Part shown: positions 51,046 to 61,512 of the stretch, in pieces
Position numbering within the stretch: position 1 is the first letter of the stretch
Layout of the letters: every line of letters begins with the position of its first letter
Origin: an uncultured Actinomycetes bacterium
Lineage (GTDB): Bacteria; Actinomycetota; Thermoleophilia; RBG-16-64-13
NCBI GenBank assembly: GCA_963747275.1
Contig: CAVVEI010000015.1
Location: 1,604-65,603 of the forward strand
Direction of reading: 5' to 3'
Length of the DNA stretch: 64,000 nt
Made by a program: the position numbers and the translations under genes
The notes under the pieces: model-generated
The model's input: only the letters and a program-made list of their open reading frames with translations
What the model was told of the DNA's origin: nothing
Databases searched by the model: none

Positions 51046-52075
51046 ATGGTGAGTAACGAAAAACAAGCTCGCGAGGCTTTGGAAAAGTTCTTTCCTAAGC
51101 CTTTTACCGATTATCAATGGAGCCTGATCTCGGCTCAGGGCTACGAAGAGGCGCTGCTGTCAGGTGTGCGCAGCGCCGACGAGGTGGCGGAGGAGCTCAA
51201 GGACCTCATGGAGGCCGCCGACAAGCGCGCCTCCGGCGCCGAGCAAGCGCCCCTGGGGCGTCCGGATGAGCCCCTGCTCACCTGGGACGAGATGGAGAAG
51301 CTGGTGCTGGGTCGCATCTTGGCCACCGGGGAGACCAGCGGACCCAAGCCCACGCCCGCCACGCCTGGGAGCGGGGTACGGTTCAGGCGTCTGGTACAGG
51401 GTCGGCAGAGCGGTCGCAGGCTCCGGTGGATCGTGGGCGGCACGGTGGGGTTGTTCGTCGTCGCCCTGGGGTCGACGGTCTTGCTGTTCTTGGGCCCGCA
51501 GTGCGGCGAGGGCGGCGCTTCGGGTACCACGAGCACGTCGGAGGTCACCCAGACCGATGTGCAGAGCTGGAATCGCGACCGGCCTCCCGACGACCACCAG
51601 CCCCTCGCTGCCGCCGGCCACCATACCGGCTCTTGATGTGCCCGAGTACACGGCCATGCTGAGCGGCGCCCAGGTGGTGCCCGCCGTCAACACCTCGGCG
51701 ACCGGCACCCTGGAGCTCAACCTCTCGGAAGATGGCACCAGCTTCGAGTGTGTGCTGACCGTGCAGGGGCTCACCGGTTTCACGCTGGCGCGCCTGCGGG
51801 TGGGCGAGCCCGGGCAGAACGGCGAGGAGATATGTCACCCTGTACAACGAAGGGATGAAGCGAGGCGCTGTTCAGCGGGGTGATCGTGCGGCGGTCGTTC
51901 GAGCGCGGCCGACTTCGTCGGCCCGCTGAAGGGTAAGACCATGGCCGAGTTGATCGCGCTGCTGGACGCCGGCTCGGTGTATGTGAACGTCGGCACCAGC
52001 CGCCACCGGGACGGCGAGCTGCGCGGTCAGTTGACGCCGCTCTCGTCAGAGTCGACGGCTGTGATATTCACGTAG
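51046..52075 (+). CDS. Single-pass membrane protein with a C-terminal CHRD domain, frameshifted
   Basis: Cytoplasmic N-domain, then a TM segment (WIVGGTVGLFVVALGSTVLLFL), then ..MLSGAQVVPAVNTSATGTLELNLSEDGTSFECVLTVQGLTG.. and ..VYVNVGTSRHRDGELRGQL (CHRD signatures). The 3' end is uncertain and would overlap the convergent gene by about 49 nt. Confidence 0.55.
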
Positions 52076-53153
52076 TAGGAGTAGGTGGCCTGGTCCAGGC
52101 CTATCACCTCCAACTCATAGTTTGTGCTCTGCCGGATCTCAACGGTGAGCGAGGAGTCGGTAGGCTGGGGAGTGCCGTTGAGAAAGACCGCGCACACGTT
52201 CTCGGTCGCCCACTCCAGTATCACCAGGGCGCCACGTTCTACCGTGATGGCTTGGACGCCCGGCACGGGACGGTCGCCGTTCTCCCAACCCGTGAAGGCC
52301 ACCACCGGCAGCGGCAGCTCTTCGAGCAGGTTCTCGTCTTCTAACTCGGGCACGTCTTCGTCATTCGGCGGCAGTTCGCTGAGGTTGGTCTCTTCTTCCG
52401 GAGGCGCCACCACCTGGCTGGGTTGCACCGCGGCGACGGCCGGCTTACCCGCGGGCAGGGCTTTGAGTATCTTGTTCACCAGTACGTCGTCCACCCAGGC
52501 GGTGGTGCCGTCGACCGCACCCAGCATGATGGTGCCCGCGGCTAACGGCGCGGTGTCGACCGCGGCCAGCCACAGAGTCCTATCCACGTAGACCTGTATG
52601 GTGCCGTTCTTCTTGGCCACGGTCAGGTAGTGCTGCTCGCCCGCGGCGGGTGCCTGGGCCTGGGTGAGCACGGCCTTGCGCCGGCAGCGTCTTCTTTCAC
52701 CAGCGAGATGAGGTCCTTATCTACGTACACGTAGTAGCGGCCGGTCTGCGTGGCATCGAAGCTGAAACCCAAGGCGCCGGCGCTGAGCGCATAGGAGCAT
52801 TTGAAGGCGTAGTCCCCGGCCCAGCCCACGCCCTTGGGCACGAAGGCGTACCCCTGCCCGGTGGCGTCGAAGGTGTAGAGGTCGCCGTCCTGTTGGACCA
52901 CCCAGGCTCCGCCCACCTGCCAGCCCTGGGCGTCGCCATCTTGAAAGTCGTCGCGAAAGAGGATGTTGTCGGCCGAGATACGGCCCGCGCCGGCGGCTAC
53001 GGTGGTCGGGGCGGTGTCGGGGGCAGAGTCGGTGGTCTGGGTGTCGTCCGACCTCAGGCCTCTGCAAGAGGCGGTCGCAAGAGATAGGCCGAGCACCAGT
53101 GCCAACAAGAGCAGAGGGAGGAGGATCGTCGACCATGGCCGGGAGCGTTTCAT
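52027..53153 (-). CDS. Lipoprotein with a LamG / DUF1080-like concanavalin-type domain and a C-terminal beta-rich domain, one frameshift
   Basis: MKRSRPW..LSLATASC (lipobox). ..ILFRDDFQDGDAQGWQVGGAWVVQQDG.. and ..GTIQVYVDRTLW....G.I.LGA....AWVDDV.V fit the DUF1080/LamG pattern. The break is near 52640-52680. Confidence 0.55.
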
Positions 53154-53170
53154 ATCGACCCCTTTCTGGT

Positions 53171-55047
53171 TCACTTGTCTGCGTACGTCAGCCCGAACCC
53201 GAACGGGAACGCCACCTCTACGCCCAGGTGGTCCAGCAGGGCCTGGCCGTGCAGCGGGCCGTACTCCACCACCTTGGCCTTGTTGTCGAACGGGGGCAGG
53301 TGGCCGCGCTGGTGGGTATGGCGAACGGCAGCCGGCCGGTGGGCTTCTCTTTGCCCAGCACGATGTCGGCCAGGGCGTGGCCGCCCTCCATGCCCGGGTA
53401 CCACAGCATGAGGATGGCCGGCACCACCTGGCGCCAGCGCTCCATGAGCACCGCGCTGCCGGCCACCACCGCGGCCACCGTGCGCGGGTTGGCCGCCGTC
53501 ACGGCCAGCAGCAGGTCTTCGTCCTGGGCGTGCAGGGTGAGCGACTTGCGGTCGCCGCCCTTGGCGTAGCCGTCGGGCACGCAGCTGCTGCTTCAGCAGC
53601 CGCTTGGCCATGCGGCTTAGCGCCCACCGCGGGGGCAGGGGCAGGCGCCGTATGAGCCACCACGGCAGCCCGGTGTCCAGGTTCTCGCCCTCGTCGTCGT
53701 GGTCGTAGCCCACCACCACCACGGCCGCGTCGCAGCCGGCCGCCAGGGCGGCGGCGCGCGCCGCGTCGGAGCCGTCGTCGTACACCACCTCGACCTTCTT
53801 GGGCTTCAGGGCGGCCCGCAGGCCCTCCAGGGGGGTGACCGAGCTGGGCGGGTTGACCCCGCTCGAGCCCCGGTCGCCCAGGTTGGGCAGGCGGCCAACC
53901 GCCCGATGACCGCCAGCCGCTTCAGCTCCGCGGCCTTGAGGGGCAGCACGGGCTTGGGCTGCGCGCGCCGGGCGCGCGGCCCGGCGCCTGCGGCGCCGCG
54001 CCGCGGCGCGCCGCCCGCGCCGCGCGCGCGGCTCCACCGGCTCGTTGCGCAGCAGCACTATGGCCTTGGTGGCCACCTCGCGCGCCAGGGCGCGGTGCTT
54101 CTTGCAGGCGATCACTTCTGGGCCGTACTTGCCGTCGCCCAGCTCGGCCACCCGCAGTTGCTGGCGGATGAGCCTGAGCGCGGCGTCGTCGACGCGCTCC
54201 ATGGGCACCCGGCCGCGCTTGACGGCCCGCAGCAGCCGCTTGCCCAGCATCACGGGGGAGGGCATCTCCAGGTCTAGGCCGGCTCTCACGGCCGCCGGGC
54301 CGTCGTGCACGCCGAACACCCAGTCGCTGACCACGAAGCCGTCGAAGCCCCACTTCTCTTTGAGTATGTCGGTGAGCAGCCGGCGGTTCTGACTGCACCA
54401 CTGGCCGTTGACCGAGTTGTACGCCGACATCACGCTGCCCACGCCCGCGCGCACCACCTGCTCGAAGGCGGGCAGGTAGACGCTGGTGCAGCGCCTCTTC
54501 GCCCACGCGCACGTCCACCTTAAGGCGCGAGTCTTCGATGCTGTTGCAGGCGAAGTGCTTCACGCAGGCCAGGGCGTGCTTCTGCACCCCGCGGGTGAAG
54601 GCCACGCCCATGTCGCCCAGCAGCTGGGGGTCTTCGCCGTAGGTCTCCTGCGCCCGGCCCCAGGCCGGATGGCGCAGCAGGTTTATGCAGGGGGCCAACA
54701 CCAGGTCCACCCCCAGCGCCCGGGCCTCGCGGCCCATGGCCTCGCCCACCCGCTCCTCTAACTCGGGGGAGAAGGTGGCCGCCCGCGCCATGGGCACCGG
54801 GAAGCAGGTGCAGTGGCCCTTGGTTATGCCGCGCGGACCGTCGCTGTAGACGAAGCCCTTGAGCCCCAGGCGGGGCACCTCGGCGGCCGAGGCCGGTCGC
54901 CCTTGGCTGCTCGACCTGGCCGGGAGCGCCCAGGATGAAGCTGTAGAAGCTCTTGCTGCCGGAGAGCATGCGCACCTTCTCCTCCAGGGTCAGCTGGTCG
55001 CGCAGCTTCTGGGCTCGCTTCTCGAGCTTGGCGGAGACGGTGGGCAT
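53171..55047 (-). CDS. Glycoside hydrolase family 3 (BglX-type beta-glucosidase), multiply frameshifted
   Basis: ATG 55047 with AGGAGG. ..GFVYSDGPRG.., ..KHFACNS.E..R.., ..GFDGFVVSDW.. (nucleophile Asp context), ..VVVVGYD...EGE..D.. and ..WYPGMEGG.ALADI..G...P.GRLP are spread over three frames. Confidence 0.8.
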
Positions 55048-55110
55048 GCCTGTGAGCCTCCTTTGGGCGGGTCGGCGGCGGAGATAGGGGCACGGAGCTA
55101 AGCATAGCGC

Positions 55111-55150
55111 GCGGGGGGCGGTGGGGGGGGGGAGGCCGGGGGCGAGGAGG
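55111..55150 (+). repeat. G-run tract with a 10-G homopolymer in the divergent intergenic region
   Basis: gcggggggcggtggggggggggaggccgggggcgaggagg, read directly. The G10 spans 55123-55132. Confidence 0.7.
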
Positions 55151-55387
55151 TCGCAGCCACGCTGGGGTTTCGTTGCAGTGACCAGCGAGGTGCTTGCAGT
55201 CTCGAGTGGAATCTGCGACATTGGCTCGCAGAGCAGTCCTTGACGGGATGTTTGTCGGGGACGTGGTTGCTAGTCCGAAAAACATATGGTTGGGTTAAGG
55301 GGGGGGTCAGTGCAAGCATTGCTTGAACACACTGCTGGCGCAGGGGAGAGCGCAAGGCGGAGGCGATTCCGCTTTGGCCTGTGCATT

Positions 55388-58300
55388 ATGGCGACTCTAT
55401 TCTTTGTACTGATTATCCAGACTGGCTATGCCTCCGCAGATGGCTTCCGATATCCTCTCGGTGATGGTTGGGCAAGACCTGCTAGCCAAAACCTGTGGGC
55501 CGACTCGTTCGATCCATACTATGGGCGCTTGGCGGATGACTGACTTCGGCTCGAGCACGCTGACGGCTACCTATAGGGGTACGGTAGTCAGGTCTGAGTG
55601 GCACAATGACTACGGCAACGTAGTGGTCATACAGCACGATCTTCCGACAGGCACGGTGTATTCGTTCTATGGACACATGGCGAGCCGTGCGGTCGCCGTG
55701 GGGAACTCGGTCGAAACCGGAACCGCCGTCGGAGTGATTGGGGAGACAGGGGCGATTTGCTTTGGCGTGCATGTACACTTTGCAGTCAGCATCGTCCTCG
55801 GGCATAGTCAGAGGCTACTACGGCTCGTCCTTCTCGTCAGCTAACACGAGCATGGTCAAGGATGGGGTGACTTACTACAATCCCTCCTGGTTCATTGAGA
55901 GCAACAGGACGGTAGTTTGGGACACCGCCGGTCCCACCGGCTCCATCACCAGCCCGGGGGCCAATCAGAACGTCCGGTCTCCCGGATATACGACGGTCAC
56001 AGGCAGTTTCAGCGACCCGTCTGGGGTAGCGCGAGTTGCCCTGCAATGGAAGTACGCAGATCAGGCAGACGCCTCGTACGCGGGCGTGGGTGACATGGCC
56101 GCGACCGGTGGGGGCGGCTATAGCTTCACCCTTGACCACTCGGCCACGGGCTTTCAAGCCGGGCGCGCGGTCATTCTGCGGGCAGTCGCCTTTGATGGTT
56201 TGGGCAATGCCAACTGGGGCATAACGACTCGCATCGTCCCGGTCGCCAATCAGAAGCCCACCGGGACCTCAATGACACCCACCGGGGCTATGGCCACAGG
56301 CATCTTCCGCGACTACATCTTCGTGGGTACCGACGGCGACGGGGTCGCCGACATGACCAAGGTCAACCTGATGATCGGTCCCTCCACAGACTACTCCGCT
56401 AATTGGGCCAGCACCATCTACATGACCTATATCAGGTCAGAGAACAAGCTCTATCTGTACGACGCCGCGGGTGCCAACTCCTCCGGTGTCGTGGGGTCGT
56501 CGACTGTTCTCTCCAACGGCCAGGCCGATTTGGAGCTCTCGAAGACCACCGTCACGGCATCCGGCAGCACACTCACTATCAAGGCGCGGGTGCGTCCGCA
56601 CCTGACCGGCAGCAAGACTGCCTACGTGCGGGCCGTGGACCAAGCAGGTATCACCTCCGCGTACAAGAACTGTGGCGCGGTCTCACTCACCAACCAAGCT
56701 CCGGCCGTGGGCACGGTGAGTCCCGCATCGGGCAATATTCCTACAGGGCTGTACAGCAAGGTGACCTTCACTGGCATCGATCCAGACGGGGCGGACCAGA
56801 TCAGGTTGGTGCGTCTGATCATCGGCCCGGACTCCAGTGAAAGCAACTATGCGAACAAGATATCGATCCAGGCCTGGGGAGATGGCCGTATCGTTCTGTT
56901 TACCAAGGCCGGTGGCAGCGTCAGTGGGTATGTGGGTGCTTCGCAAGTGCTGAGCACAGACACATGTTCGATAGATCTGAAGAACTCCACAAAGGTCAAG
57001 ATCGGCACCACCCTCAGTTTCTCGTTGGCGCTTACGCCTGCTGCGCTAGGGAGCTTCAATACCTATCTCAACACCAAGGACCAAGCACTCATAGACTCGG
57101 CCTTTGTGCAGAAGGGCACCCTCTCAGTGGTGGCTGGGCGCTACCAGCAGACCGACTCCCGCCTTACCTATCTGGGCACCTGGTCGTCCGGCGCCACCTG
57201 GTCGGCTTCTGGCGGCAGCTTCGCCTCCGCCTCAGTGCCCGGGGCCGGGGTGGTCGTAGCCTTCACTGGGCCCTCCATCAAGGTGGTGTCACGTACCGCC
57301 CCCTGGTACGGCCAAGCTCTAGTGAGCGTAGACGGCGGGACTCCCACGACTGTCGATATGTACAGCGCCGCCACGGTATACAAGAAGCAGGTCTATGAGA
57401 AGACCGGTCTTTCCTCCGGAGCCCACACCCTCACCATCAAGTGTGCCGGCGCCAAGAGCACGGCTTCGACCGGCTATGGCATAAGTCTCGATGCTCTGGA
57501 TATCGCCGGTAGCCTCACCCAGGCTCCCAAGACCACGCGCTACCAGCAGGACGATGCCAAGCTTGCCTATGCGGGCACCTGGACCACCGCTTCGGGCAAC
57601 TGGTCGTACTCAGGGGGCAGCTTCAAGTCCGGCAGCGGGACCGGTACCAAAGTGACGGTCACCTTCACCGGTAGCTACCTGGCCTGGGTCGCCAAGACCT
57701 GCCCCTGGTACGGCAAGGCCAAGGTGACCTTGGATGGCGATACCGTCAACGCCAAGACCGCAGACCTCTACAGCTCCGCCACCACCTACAAGAAGACCGT
57801 CTACAAGACCGGTCTGCTGGACAACAAGTCCCACACCCTTGTGATCGAGTGGACTGGTAGTAAGTACGGGGCCTCGACCGGCACTGCCATCGGGGTGGAT
57901 GCGTTCGACATCTTGGGGACGCTGACTCAGGGCACGCAGACCAATCCAATCGACCCGGCGAACTTCGGCAACATACTCACGGATGCGGCAACTGGTTCCT
58001 CGTACCTCATTACGTACGCCGGCAAGCGCGCGGGCATACCTACTGGGGGTGACTATCAGTCGATGGTGAACAACGGCGTGCCCGTGGTGAGCACAAGTTG
58101 GTCGGTGATTTCTCAATATCCGGACGCGGGGTACCAAGCGGTTGTCGCTCGTATGGATGACCCCGTCATCGGCGGAGACCCAAAGTGGATCCTCAACTAT
58201 TCTGGCGACGGGCACGGCTATGAGAACGACTACCGCGCTACCCAGTCGGCAGCAGGAAAGCCCACCGCCACCAACTCGGCGACCTGGACGCTGGCAAACG

Positions 58301-58560
58301 GGCGCGGCAAGGTGAAGTTGAACGCGTATATCCCCAGCATGACCGATATCTGGGCCGGTGTGGTCTATGAGGTCTGGGATGGCGGTACCTTGCTGGCAAC
58401 AGTTCCGGTCAATCAGTTCAATTACAAAGGATTCATGACCCTGGGGACCTGGACGTTCTCCTCGGGCAGCATCGTGATCAGATGCTATGACAACCAAGGC
58501 ACAGGCCCCTACGGCGTCCTGATGGGTTGGGACTGCATGGAGGCGGTACCGATAGGCTGA
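55388..58560 (+). CDS. Large secreted multidomain protein A: signal peptide, M23 (LytM) peptidase head, Ig-like repeats, two ~125-aa shared modules, C-terminal golvesin-like domain. Two frameshifts in the first 400 nt.
   Basis: MATLFFVLIIQTGYASA signal. ..YGNVVVIQHD...GTVYSFYGHM....V.VG..V..G..VG.IGETG...GVHVHF (M23 motifs) spans frames 55286/55428/55738. The remainder is the intact 940-aa ORF. Modules are at 57139-57516 and 57538-57924. Confidence 0.7.
57139..57924 (+). repeat. Two copies of the shared ~125-aa module (protein A)
   Basis: Each copy begins RYQQ[TD]D..L.Y.GTW and contains SGGSF, F.G, PWYG.A.V..DG, D.YS, YKK.VY, GL....HTL.I. and S.G..I..DA.DI.G.L. Confidence 0.8.
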
Positions 58561-58582
58561 CGACGGGCACGCACGTAGTCCT

Positions 58583-58633
58583 CTGTGCCGAGGGGACCGC
58601 TGGCCCGGGTTCGGGTCGCGACCCTCGGCACAG
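58583..58633 (+). terminator. Long hairpin after gene A (12-bp stem ctgtgccgaggg/ccctcggcacag with a structured loop)
   Basis: Read directly. Followed by cgtttg. Confidence 0.35.
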
Positions 58634-58865
58634 CGTTTGAGCTTCAGGCGGGGCCACCTGGGCGACCGAGGCCTCTCCCTTGCTCTCGTCGTGGTCGGTA
58701 TCGTGGAGCTTCAGTTGTTCAGCGACGGACTCTGGGCAAGGCGCCCCCTCTGGTTGCGGCCAGGCGCAAATGCCTCTGATATCCTGTTGACGCCCCAGTC
58801 TGCCGATAGAGGCTCGATATGGAGATATCTTCGCCGGCGCAGATCTGGCCGCGGAAGGAGGACGC

Positions 58866-61339
58866 ATGAACAGGTGTAAAGCCGCGTTTCTGGGGATCAC
58901 GCTGGTCGCTCTTGGCCTGCTGGCGGTCCGGCTGAGCACCGCCTCCGCGGCGGAGACCGCGGAGGCCAACCTCATCTTCTTTCACCACAGCGTGGGCAGC
59001 AACTGGCTGGCGAGCGGGCTTGTTGCCGCGCTCAACGATTCTGGCTACTTCGTGTCCGACACCAACTATGGGTGGACGGGCGGCAGCGGGCCCGACTACG
59101 GCAGCTCCACCGACACGGGCGACTGGCCCACCTGGTTCACCGACACGGTGATGGGGCTGGCGTATCCGTGGACAGGATCTGTCGTCGGGCGCCAACGACG
59201 TCGACCTCGACCCGGCGGCCGGCGAGAACACCATGATCATGTTCAAGAGCTGCTACCCCAACAGCGACGTGGGCTACGGCATCGACGACGAGAAGGCCAT
59301 CTACAACAGCCTGCTGCCCTACTTCGAGGATCACCCCGACAAGATGTTCGTGCTCATCACCCCGCCACCCATGCCGACGCATCGCACGACGCCCGCAAGA
59401 CCCGGGAGCTCTGCAACTGGCTGGTCGACCGCGACGCCGGGTGGCTGAAAGACCTGACCACCGGCAACGTCTTCGCCTTCGACCTCTACAACGTGCTGAC
59501 CCACCCCAGCGCGCACCACACCGCGGTGGGCGGCGTCGAGACCCACACGGTCGTCGCGCGGCGCCAACACCCTCTACTCTGGCTACCACAGCAGCGGCGA
59601 CGACCACCCCAACGCGGCCGGCAACGCCAAGGCCACGGCCAAGTTCGTGCCGCTGCTGAACGTCTGGTACGAGGAGTTCTTGGCCGCCTCGGGCACGGCT
59701 CCGCGGCGCTATCAGCAGGACAATAAGCTGCTCACCTACCTGGGGGGGTGGAAGTACCTCGCCAGCAGCGCGGCGTCGGGGGGGAGCCTCACCTACACCA
59801 ACGCCAAGGGCGCCTCGGTGCTCGTCTCGTTCAGCGGCACCTCGGTCGAACTTCTGGCCCGCACGGGGCCCGATTACGGCAAGGTGCTCATCACCTTGGA
59901 CGACGGAGCGGCCGAGAGCTACGACCTCTACAGCTCCAGCCCCGCCCACCAGCAGAGCATCTACGAAGAGGAGGGTCTGGACGACACCACCCACACCCTC
60001 ACCATAACCTGCGAGGGCGACAATAGCACCTTGTCCTCGGGCACCAACATCAGCCTGGACGCTCTGCGCATCCTCGGCACGCTCACGGAGGCCGACAAGC
60101 CCATCCGCTATCAGCAGGACGACGCGGCTCTCGAATACAAGGGCACCTGGGCCACCGCCACCGGCACTTGGGCGCAGTACTCGCTGTCGAGCGCCAAGAG
60201 CGCGGCCGGACCCGGACGATCGGTGAACGTGAGCTTCACGGGCACCTATCTGGCCTGGATAGCTCCCATGACCCCGTGGTACGGCAAGGCCTTGGTGAGC
60301 GTTGACGAAGGTCCGCTGGTGCCGGTAGACCTCTACAGCTCGAGCGTGAAGTACAAGCAGAGGATCTTCGACACCGGCCTGTTGGACGACGCGCCGCACA
60401 CCCTCAGCATCTACTGGACGGGCGATAGGAGGACGGCGGCCAGCGGCACCAACATATCCGTCGATGCCTTCGACGTCATGGGCACGCTCACCGACGCCGA
60501 TGCGGCTCCGCCCATACTGTGGCGCTATCAGCAGACCGACCCCCGCATCACCTACGTGGGCGCTTGGTCGTACGGCTCCACCTGGTCGGCCTCGGGCGGC
60601 AGCTTCGCCTCCACGGGCGCGGCCGGGGCGGGCGCGCTGGTGAACTTCACCGGCACGTCGGTCAAGCTGGTGGCCCGCACCGCTCCGTGGTACGGCCTGG
60701 CCGAGGTCTGCGTGGGCGGCGACACCGAGACCGTAGACTTCTATTCGCCCACCGTGGCCTACAAGCAGGTGGTGTTCGAGAAGACGGGGCTATCACCCGG
60801 CGAGCACACCCTCTCCATCAGAGTGCCTGGGGGACAAGCGCACCGAGTCTAGCGGCTACTCCATAAGCCTGGATGCACTCGACATAACGGGCTACCTGGA
60901 GCAGGGCCCCGTGGCCACCCGAGTGCAAGAGAACGACGCAGTCTGGGTAGGCGAGGGGGCAATAGCCACCGCGGGCACTTGGAGCAGCCACGTGGGCAGC
61001 TGGGCGCTCTACTCGGGCAGCGGCCTCATGACCGCCAACACCGCGGGAGCCAAGATGACCGTCACCTTCGACGGCCGCTACCTGGCCTGGGTGGCCAAGA
61101 CCACCCCCTGGTACGGCAAGGCCAAAGTGACCCTGGACGCCGGCACCCCGGACGAGGTGGTCAAGATAGTGGACCTCTACAGCTGGACACAGGGCTACAA
61201 GAGGACCGTCTACAACACCGGGCTCTTGGATGAGGGGTCGCACACGGTGGTGATCGAGTGGCTGGGCGAGAAGTACTGGCGCTCGGCGGGCACCACCATA
61301 AGCGTGGACGCCTTCGACCTGATACTGGCGCTGCCGTAG
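58866..61339 (+). CDS. Large secreted protein B: signal peptide, SGNH-like esterase-type head (uncertain), four shared ~125-aa modules. At least 5 frameshifts.
   Basis: RBS ggaaggagg. MNRCKAAFLGITLVALGLLAVRLSTASA signal. The head has ..NLIFFHHSVGSNW.., ..MIMFKSCYPNSD.. and ..SSGDDHPNAAGNAKA.. (block-V-like D-x-x-H). Modules are at 59707-60084, 60106-60489, 60523-60898 and 60920-61336. Pieces are ORFs 58866..59726, 59233..59448, 59647..60852 and 60911..61339. Confidence 0.6.
59707..61336 (+). repeat. Four copies of the shared ~125-aa module (protein B)
   Basis: Same motif set as in proteins A and C. Confidence 0.8.
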
Positions 61340-61377
61340 CGCGCTACAGCCAGACACACAGCAGTCTACGACCACGT

Positions 61378-61399
61378 GGGGGCGCCGCAAGGCGCCCCC
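61378..61399 (+). terminator. GC hairpin after gene B (gggggcgcc gcaa ggcgccccc)
   Basis: 9-bp perfect stem. A near-identical element follows gene C. Confidence 0.45.
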
Positions 61400-61512
61400 A
61401 CTGCATCTGGGGCCGCCGGCACGCAGCCCCGCCGTTTGACATGCGTGTTTCGGAGAGTTAGCGTGCTTGGTGGGGGCGTCAGCCCACAACACTTAAGCTA
61501 AGGGGGCGGGCA

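Noticed and set aside
55048-55387. c-di-GMP (GEMM) riboswitch upstream of the surface-protein genes, given the many c-di-GMP enzymes nearby. The 58561-58865 gap was checked as well.
   Set aside because: The conserved GEMM-I features (GGCAAA..., ...ACGCAAAGC...CCGG) were not seen in either leader.
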